From Thermomicrobiales bacterium (lineage in GTDB: Bacteria > Chloroflexota > Chloroflexia > Thermomicrobiales > UBA6265), in NCBI GenBank assembly GCA_037721765.1, contig JBBJOE010000003.1, forward strand, positions 1 to 42,930: 42,930 nucleotides of DNA, written 5' to 3'. The translations under genes were made by a program, and so were the position numbers. Shown here one piece after another: positions 37,147 to 42,930 of the stretch (its first letter is position 1; the number at the start of each line of letters is the position of its first letter). Below the pieces are notes generated by a model, which was given only the letters and a program-made list of their open reading frames with translations, searched no databases and had not been told where the DNA came from.

Positions 37147-39407
37147 TCGGCCGGCACCGCGACCGGCTCGGCAGCCGCGCCGACCGGCGAGCCATTGCGC
37201 GAGACGCCGCCGACCGTGGTCGCCGACCAGAACGGCACCGTGGCGTCCTCGGCCACCGCGATCGGCACCACGCCCATTGAGGCGTCGGTGCAGCCGACCA
37301 TCCGGTTGCTCGCCGCCACTCGCCGCTGCCGGGACCGCAGCCGGACCATCCGCTCGGCGGCCAGGTCGTCCCGGCCGGCCAATAGCGTCCCGGCATCGGG
37401 CACCGCCCGCCCGGCGACGAGCGCCGTCGGGTCGAGCAGGTCGATCCGGCGGGCCCGGAACCGGAGGTGGATCGGGTCCCCCGTCTTGAGGCGGAGGATG
37501 TCGCCACCCAAGGCGGCCTCGGGCACGACGTGGCCGATCGCGGCACCGTAGCTGACCCCGGAATACCGCCCGTCGCTGATCACGGTCGCCAGTTTCCGCA
37601 GGGCGCGGTTGGCGTTGATGTGCTGCATCGGGGTGAACATTTCCGGCATCCCGTAGGCGACGGGTCCCTGGGCAGCGATCACGATCGCCAGCTTCAGCGT
37701 CCCGGTCCGGACCATGTGGTCGAAGAGGTCGTCGTGACCCATTGCCCCGGTCCCCGCCGTGTCCAGGCGAAGGTCGGCCGCGTTGTGGCGCCAGGTCGCC
37801 CGCAGCGTCGCCTCGTCGAAGGCGCGGCCCTGCCGCCAGCGGTCGAGCAGGTGGATGTCGAGCAGATCGTCGTTGGCGTCTTCCTCGCACTCGTAGGCGA
37901 CGGCGAGGGCGACCTGCTCGTCGAAATGGTTGACCTGCGCCTCCGGCATGCCGCTGATCTTGACCACCGCGCTCTCGAAGAAGTTCCCGGCCAGGATATC
38001 GACCCCAGAGATCGCCCGCCGGGGCCGGGCCAGGATGACCGGGTTCTCCGTCACCCCGTCGGCGCTCAGGCCCTCGGGGTTCGCCAGGCGCTGGCGCCAC
38101 GTCGTCCCGGTGACGGTCATCGCGTCGAGGTCCATCGGCGCCCCGTTGCGGACCAGTTCGTGGACCAGCGTCTCCATGCCCCGGATGTCGCCCGAGCAGC
38201 ACTGCTTGGCCAGGGCGAAGATGTCCCGCCCCTGGGTCAGGCTGTAGTCGAACAGGTCCGGGATCGGGGCGGCCCGGTGGATGCGGTCCAGGTCATGGAT
38301 CGAGAACGCATAACCCGCGTACAGGACCGCGCCGACCAGGTGCATCAGCAAGTTCGTGCTGCCTCCGGAGGCGGCGTGGAGGCGGACCGCGTTGCCCATG
38401 TTGTGCAGCAGCACGTCGGCCACGCCGCATTCCGGCCGGTTGGCCAGGCCGACCAGGTCGGCCACCACCGCGTCGACCTGCGCGGTGGTCGGCGGGTCGG
38501 TCAGCAACTCGACGGCCGGGTGGACGAGGCCCATCGCCGCCACCAGGTGCCGCGACGAGTTCCCCGTCCCGTTGAAGGCGCAGATACCGCCCTTGCTATC
38601 ACAGGTGTTGATCGCGAGCGCCCGCTCGAAGTCCTTGTGCCGCTCGGGGGAGAGGATGCCGTGCTCGACGGCCCGGTGGAACACGCCCTGGAAGGCGGTA
38701 TTCGACGAGCACTGGAGGATGTAGGCCATCGTGTCGCGGAGGTCCTCGGCCACCTCCGGGTGCCCGGCGGTCACCGAGGCCCGGGCCAAATCGTCCAATT
38801 GCTCCCTGACATCCGCCGGGATCTCACCGCCCTTCAGGACGTGGGCCGGGGCGAAGGCCGCGAACACGGCCGGCTCGCCCCGAAAGCGGCGCAGGGTGTC
38901 GAGGTGAGCCAGCGCGGCGACCACGGCGAGGGGCATCTTGTCGCAGCTCTGGATCACGAAGGCGCCGTGGTAGGAATGGGCCTCCATCTGGTTGACGACC
39001 ATCTCGGCGATCGCGTTCCGGCTCTGGAGGCTGTAGCTCATCCCCATGTTGCTCTGGGCCGTGCCATCGCAGAGGACGGGGACCGAGAACGTGAACGGCA
39101 CCCCGCCTCGAGCCCAGATCGCCAGCGCCGCCCGGGCTCCCGTGCCGGGGTCCATGACGTGGGCCGGGTGGTCCGGCGACCCTCCTATGACCGCGATCCG
39201 CGGGGCATTGTGCTCCAGCCGGTCGTAAATCGCGCCGAGCGACCAGTCCGCCTCCGCCACCCATTCCCCCTCGGAGAGCAATTCCTTCCGGGCCCGGTCC
39301 AGGATCGCGGCCACGGTGATCGGCTCGTTGGCCTTGCCCTGGACGTTGTCCCGGTAGGGATTGACCGGGGTCTCGACACGCGGTCGGAGCGAGAGCGGGG
39401 CATCCAT
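37143..39407 (-). CDS. dihydroxy-acid dehydratase (IlvD/Edd) family, divergent
   Basis: CDG, SLQSRN, SCDK, GGICAFNGTGNS, GGSTN, GMPEM, SDGRYSG, IGHVVPEA. Confidence 0.87.
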   Translation of the reverse strand: MDAPLSLRPRVETPVNPYRDNVQGKANEPITVAAILDRARKELLSEGEWVAEADWSLGAIYDRLEHNAPRIAVIGGSPDHPAHVMDPGTGARAALAIWARGGVPFTFSVPVLCDGTAQSNMGMSYSLQSRNAIAEMVVNQMEAHSYHGAFVIQSCDKMPLAVVAALAHLDTLRRFRGEPAVFAAFAPAHVLKGGEIPADVREQLDDLARASVTAGHPEVAEDLRDTMAYILQCSSNTAFQGVFHRAVEHGILSPERHKDFERALAINTCDSKGGICAFNGTGNSSRHLVAAMGLVHPAVELLTDPPTTAQVDAVVADLVGLANRPECGVADVLLHNMGNAVRLHAASGGSTNLLMHLVGAVLYAGYAFSIHDLDRIHRAAPIPDLFDYSLTQGRDIFALAKQCCSGDIRGMETLVHELVRNGAPMDLDAMTVTGTTWRQRLANPEGLSADGVTENPVILARPRRAISGVDILAGNFFESAVVKISGMPEAQVNHFDEQVALAVAYECEEDANDDLLDIHLLDRWRQGRAFDEATLRATWRHNAADLRLDTAGTGAMGHDDLFDHMVRTGTLKLAIVIAAQGPVAYGMPEMFTPMQHINANRALRKLATVISDGRYSGVSYGAAIGHVVPEAALGGDILRLKTGDPIHLRFRARRIDLLDPTALVAGRAVPDAGTLLAGRDDLAAERMVRLRSRQRRVAASNRMVGCTDASMGVVPIAVAEDATVPFWSATTVGGVSRNGSPVGAAAEPVAVPAD

Positions 39408-39645
39408 GCGGGAGGACCTCCTGGCAGACGGCGACGGGGGTCGAAGTGGTCTGGATCATACCGCACGGGCCGGGAACGGCGGACTGGGTCGTCGGGGACG
39501 GACCGGGTCGAGGAGGTCGCGCAAGCCTGCCCGGCCCTGCCACCCGGTGGACCGACGCGTGCATGACGGCCACCAACGCCCCGCCGTCGTCTTGGGTCGC
39601 GGGTTTGGCTGGCCGGACGATCGGCCCACGGATGGGGATCGAGAG

Positions 39646-40125
39646 ATGCGACGGGATGTGGTCGAGCGGGCGATGGTCCTCGGTGTCGCGACTGGCCTGC
39701 GGTCCCAGACGCCGATCGCGGTTGTGGCCCAAGTCGCCCAACGCCATCCCACGGTGGTCCGGCGGGGGAGTGTGGCGGTTCGCCTGCGGGAGCCTCGGGC
39801 GGCCCACTTCACCGGGGCGTCCGCGATCGGCGAGATGGTGGCCGACAAGTTGCCGTTCATTCCCAGCCGGCTGACCATGCCCGTCCTCGGAGGTCGCATC
39901 CTCTTCGGTGCCCTGGGAGGGGCCGCCATCACCCCCTCGGCCCACCCTGCCTGGCTCGGTGCCGCGGCCGGGGCCGTCGGTGCCGTGGCCGGCAACTTCG
40001 GTGGCTATCACGCCCGGGTCTGGCTCGGTAAGCGCACCGGCTGGCCCGACCCGGCCTTCGCCCTGGTCGAGGATACCATCGCCGTTACCCTGTCACTGTG
40101 GGCCGCCCGCGCGAGCGTGGATTAG
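39646..40125 (+). CDS. DUF4126-like membrane protein
   Basis: G.ATGLRS, GEMVADKLP..PSR, GRI..GA, ALVED. Confidence 0.7.
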   Translation: MRRDVVERAMVLGVATGLRSQTPIAVVAQVAQRHPTVVRRGSVAVRLREPRAAHFTGASAIGEMVADKLPFIPSRLTMPVLGGRILFGALGGAAITPSAHPAWLGAAAGAVGAVAGNFGGYHARVWLGKRTGWPDPAFALVEDTIAVTLSLWAARASVD

Positions 40126-40191
40126 CGTCCGGCGCCCCGTGCCGTTGCGTCGACGGCGACGGGTCGCGCTGGCCCATATCAGGAATCCCCG

Positions 40192-40200
40192 TGCTATCCT
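40192..40200 (+). promoter_or_regulatory. extended -10 promoter of the ArgE-like gene
   Basis: TG-c-TATCCT about 58 nt before ATG. Confidence 0.45.
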
Positions 40201-40257
40201 CCGCGACACTCTCCCCGTGGTCGTCACGAGAGACACGCTGGCCGGGAAGGATCACGC

Positions 40258-41565
40258 ATGGCAGACGGGTTGACGATGACGGGGCTCGACCCGGCGGTGA
40301 TGCGAGACATCACGGGTCGGGTCGATGTCCTGCGGGACGACCTCGTCGAATTGGTCCAAGCCCTCGTCCGCGTGCCGAGCATCACCGGGAACGAGGGCGC
40401 CGTCCAGGCGGTCGTTGCCGACCGCATGCGGTCTCTCGGGTTAGAAACCGAGGTCTGGGAACCGCGCACGGCCGACCTCCTTCCCTACCAGGACGAGGTC
40501 GGGACGATCGAGAGCCTAGAGGGCCGACCAAACGTGGTCGGCACCTGGAGGGGCCGGGGCGGGACCGGTCATTCCCTGATCCTCAACGCCCACATCGATA
40601 CGGTTGAAACCGGCGACCCCGCCCGCTGGACGCATCCCCCGTTCGCGGCCGAGGTCGCCGGCGGCATGATCTGGGGCCGGGGCGCCTGCGACATGAAGGG
40701 CGGCCTGGCGACTCACCTGATGGCGCTCCGCGCGATCCGGGACCTGGGCCTGCTCCCGGCCGGAGACGTGACGGTGCAGAGCGTCATGTCCGAGGAGGAC
40801 GGCGGGGCAGGGGCGGCGGCGGCCATCCTGCGCGGCCCCCGCGCCGACGCGGCCATCATCACCGAGCCGACCCGGCTGGCCATGATCCCGGCCCAAGGCG
40901 GCTCACTGGTCTTCCGCCTCCACGTCGAGGGCAAATCCGCCCACGCCTGCGTCCGCGACGAGGGCGTCAGCGCGATCGAGGCCTTCCAAACCATCCACCG
41001 GGGCCTCCTCGCCTTCGAGGCGCGGCGCAACGCGACCCTCGACCACCCCCTCTACCGCCCGATCGCGAATAAGGTCCCCATCAGCATCGGGACCGTGAGG
41101 GCCGGGGCCTGGCCGTCATCGGTGCCCGAGTGGCTGGAAGCCGAGGGCCGGGCGGGCCTGGTGCCAGGGGAATCGATCGCCACCTTCCGGGGGGAGTTCG
41201 TGGCCGAGGTCGCCCGCATCGCCGGAGCCGATCCCTGGCTGCGCGAGCACCCGCCCCGGATCGAGTGGTTCGGTGGTCAGTTCGCGCCGGCCGAGGTCGC
41301 CCCGGACAGCGCCATCGCCCGGGCGGTCATCGACGCCCACGCTGCCGTCACCGGGTCCGAACCCCCGGTCGAGGCCGCGACCTACGGCGCCGACATGCGC
41401 CACTTCCTCTACCTGGCGGGAATCCCCTGCGTGATGTATGGCGCGGGCGACGTCCGGGTCGCCCACTTCACTGACGAGCACGTCTCGATCGACGACCTCG
41501 TGACCGCGACCAAGACGATCGCCGTGGTCGTCGCCTCTTGGTGCGGAGTGGTAGCCGCGAACTGA
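40258..41565 (+). CDS. M20 ArgE/DapE-family deacylase
   Basis: LNAHIDTV, GRGACDMKGG, SEED, EPT, GKSAHA, AHFTDE. Confidence 0.92.
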   Translation: MADGLTMTGLDPAVMRDITGRVDVLRDDLVELVQALVRVPSITGNEGAVQAVVADRMRSLGLETEVWEPRTADLLPYQDEVGTIESLEGRPNVVGTWRGRGGTGHSLILNAHIDTVETGDPARWTHPPFAAEVAGGMIWGRGACDMKGGLATHLMALRAIRDLGLLPAGDVTVQSVMSEEDGGAGAAAAILRGPRADAAIITEPTRLAMIPAQGGSLVFRLHVEGKSAHACVRDEGVSAIEAFQTIHRGLLAFEARRNATLDHPLYRPIANKVPISIGTVRAGAWPSSVPEWLEAEGRAGLVPGESIATFRGEFVAEVARIAGADPWLREHPPRIEWFGGQFAPAEVAPDSAIARAVIDAHAAVTGSEPPVEAATYGADMRHFLYLAGIPCVMYGAGDVRVAHFTDEHVSIDDLVTATKTIAVVVASWCGVVAAN

Positions 41566-41765
41566 GGTCCACGCGGCGGCGATGACGATACCAGGGTTGC
41601 CCGGACCACCTGACACCCACCGAACACCGCGTTCTCGTTTCTCCTCTCGGTTGCGCCCTCGGGGCGGCGTCGTACCGCCGACCCGGCCAGAAAAGGGTCG
41701 CTCGACCTGACCGGTCCGGGAGTCGATGGCCCGGTGCCGTGCCCCGGGACGACCGCGATGCCGCC

Positions 41766-41794
41766 GGAACGACCAGGGACGACCAGGAACGACC
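41766..41794 (+). repeat. three tandem 10-bp repeats GG(A/G)ACGACCA (third truncated)
   Basis: ggaacgacca-gggacgacca-ggaacgacc read directly. Confidence 0.6.
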
Positions 41795-41831
41795 CCCCGG
41801 GTTCTCCGGCTTCCCAGGGTGAGAGGCCACC

Positions 41832-42065
41832 ATGGGACGGGTCGTCGTCGTGAATCGCCAAGGCCACCAAGTCGTGGATCGGGACACCACCGACACCGAG
41901 CAGGCGCGGGCGGGCATCGCCGAGGCCGAGCGGATCGTGCGGGAGGCTCGCGTCGCGGGCTGCGCCATCTCGAAGAGAGTCGACGGGATCCATGTCCCAG
42001 ACGAATCTCCCTTCGACCCGGCCGCCGAGGAATATCAGATCATCGCCCCGATCGCCGGCGGCTGA
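41832..42065 (+). CDS. 77-aa protein with C-terminal di-glycine (ubiquitin/ThiS/MoaD-like tail)
   Basis: GAGAGG RBS, high GC3, ends FDPAAEEYQIIAPIAGG-stop. Confidence 0.75.
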   Translation: MGRVVVVNRQGHQVVDRDTTDTEQARAGIAEAERIVREARVAGCAISKRVDGIHVPDESPFDPAAEEYQIIAPIAGG

Positions 42066-42068
42066 CCC

Positions 42069-42360
42069 GGTGGTGCGCCGGCTCGCCCCGTGGCGGTGGC
42101 GGTCACGCCACGGTGGCGCGCGCTCCGGTCTGCCGCATGCCAGGGCCAGGGATGCTGGACTCGAACTCCCCTGGCGGTACCGCTGGGATCTCCCGCCGAA
42201 GCGTTCTGCCAGTATCGATTATTCCGACCGGGTCTACCGGTTGGCCCGGAGGCGGACCGGACACCTGGCCGAACGTACCCTAGGGACCGAACTCTGGCGG
42301 CAGGACGGCCGCGACGGCCATCTGGACCTACCCTCGGGCCCGTTCCCCGGCATCGGCTAA
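42069..42360 (+). other. possible small ORF or gene remnant
   Basis: 3' part (LELPWRYRWD...YSDRVYRLARRRTG...LWRQDG) has GC3-rich codons; no clear RBS or start. Confidence 0.25.
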
Positions 42361-42738
42361 CGCCTCCACATCGGGCAGAGGATCGAGGTCGTCACGGTTC
42401 CCGGCGTCCGGCTCCCGTGGCGATATCCATACCTGTGCATCAATCCGGCCCATCCTCTCCCCGAGGCCCAGCTCCTCGCCCACCCCTATCTCTCTGTCCG
42501 GGATCGGGAGACCGAGGTGATCCGCGTCGCCACCTCCCAACGCTGGGACCAGGCCCTGAGCCGCACCTACTGATCGTCACCCCGGCCCGGCCCGCGCGGG
42601 TTCGGCCGGAGAAACGTCCTCTCCTTGCCGAACATGGGACGCCCCCGGCACGACGACGAGGGTCGCGGCGGGGGCGCTCTTTAGAACGGCGACATCCGAA
42701 GGAACCTCGGTGTCCCCGGGGACACTCCCAGTCCAATT

Positions 42739-42930
42739 CTAGTTGGTGACCTTCTTGACGAGATCGTCGACCTTGTCTTTGGCATCGGCCATGCCCTGCT
42801 GAAGCTTGCCCTTGTTCTCCTGGGCCTCGCCCTCGGCCTGCGTCTCCTCGTCGCCGGTCAAGTCACCGAAGCCACCCTTTACCTGGCCGCCGACCTCATC
42901 CATTTTGCCATCGATCCGGTCCCGGCTGGA
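42739..42930 (-). CDS. csbD: CsbD-family general stress protein (5' end outside window)
   Basis: Not in the ORF track; my translation is SSRDRIDGKMDEVGGQVKGGFGDLTGDEETQAEGEAQENKGKLQQGMADAKDKVDDLVKKVTN-stop. Confidence 0.88.
   Translation of the reverse strand, partial: SSRDRIDGKMDEVGGQVKGGFGDLTGDEETQAEGEAQENKGKLQQGMADAKDKVDDLVKKVTN

Noticed and set aside
36154-38202. 682-aa version of the GNAT ORF, and similar 5' extensions of rluA, murG, clpC, CHAD and the aldolase
   Set aside because: Extensions are R/P/G-rich read-through of neighbouring genes or intergenic DNA; downstream starts have an RBS or stop-start overlap
41766-41794. CRISPR array
   Set aside because: 10-bp tandem units with no spacers and no cas genes

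Overview
High-GC (~70% by eye) bacterial chromosomal segment. It is most consistent with Chloroflexota/Thermomicrobiales; this is an inference from the four-domain S1, the clpC-radA and dksA-lspA-rluA gene order, and an exported protein with 'ATP(x)A' repeats. About 38 CDS can be supported, mostly housekeeping: PuuD-like hydrolase, hsp20-lon, UbiA/DPPR-synthase-like plus a DUF4015-type glycoside hydrolase, polyprenyl synthase, nucleoside hydrolase, glycerate kinase, rluA, lspA, dksA-like, murG, radA, clpC, rpsA, trpS, YfhO/PAP2, ppx plus CHAD, IlvD-like plus GNAT, ArgE-like and a partial csbD. I saw no rRNA, tRNA, CRISPR array or mobile element. The most notable items are: (1) a 77-aa protein ending in a ubiquitin/ThiS-like IIAPIAGG with no activating enzyme nearby; (2) a CHAD domain split into two coupled half-genes behind ppx; (3) a DnaC/IstB-like pseudo-ATPase lacking Walker A/B but keeping the Arg-finger segment; (4) an unannotated promoter/37-codon leader/attenuator-like unit; (5) a structured candidate sRNA before trpS; (6) a HOGA1-like aldolase clustered with an AGT-like aminotransferase; (7) an IlvD/Edd variant with an unusual Cys pattern. 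All calls come from reading motifs by eye; no searches were run.
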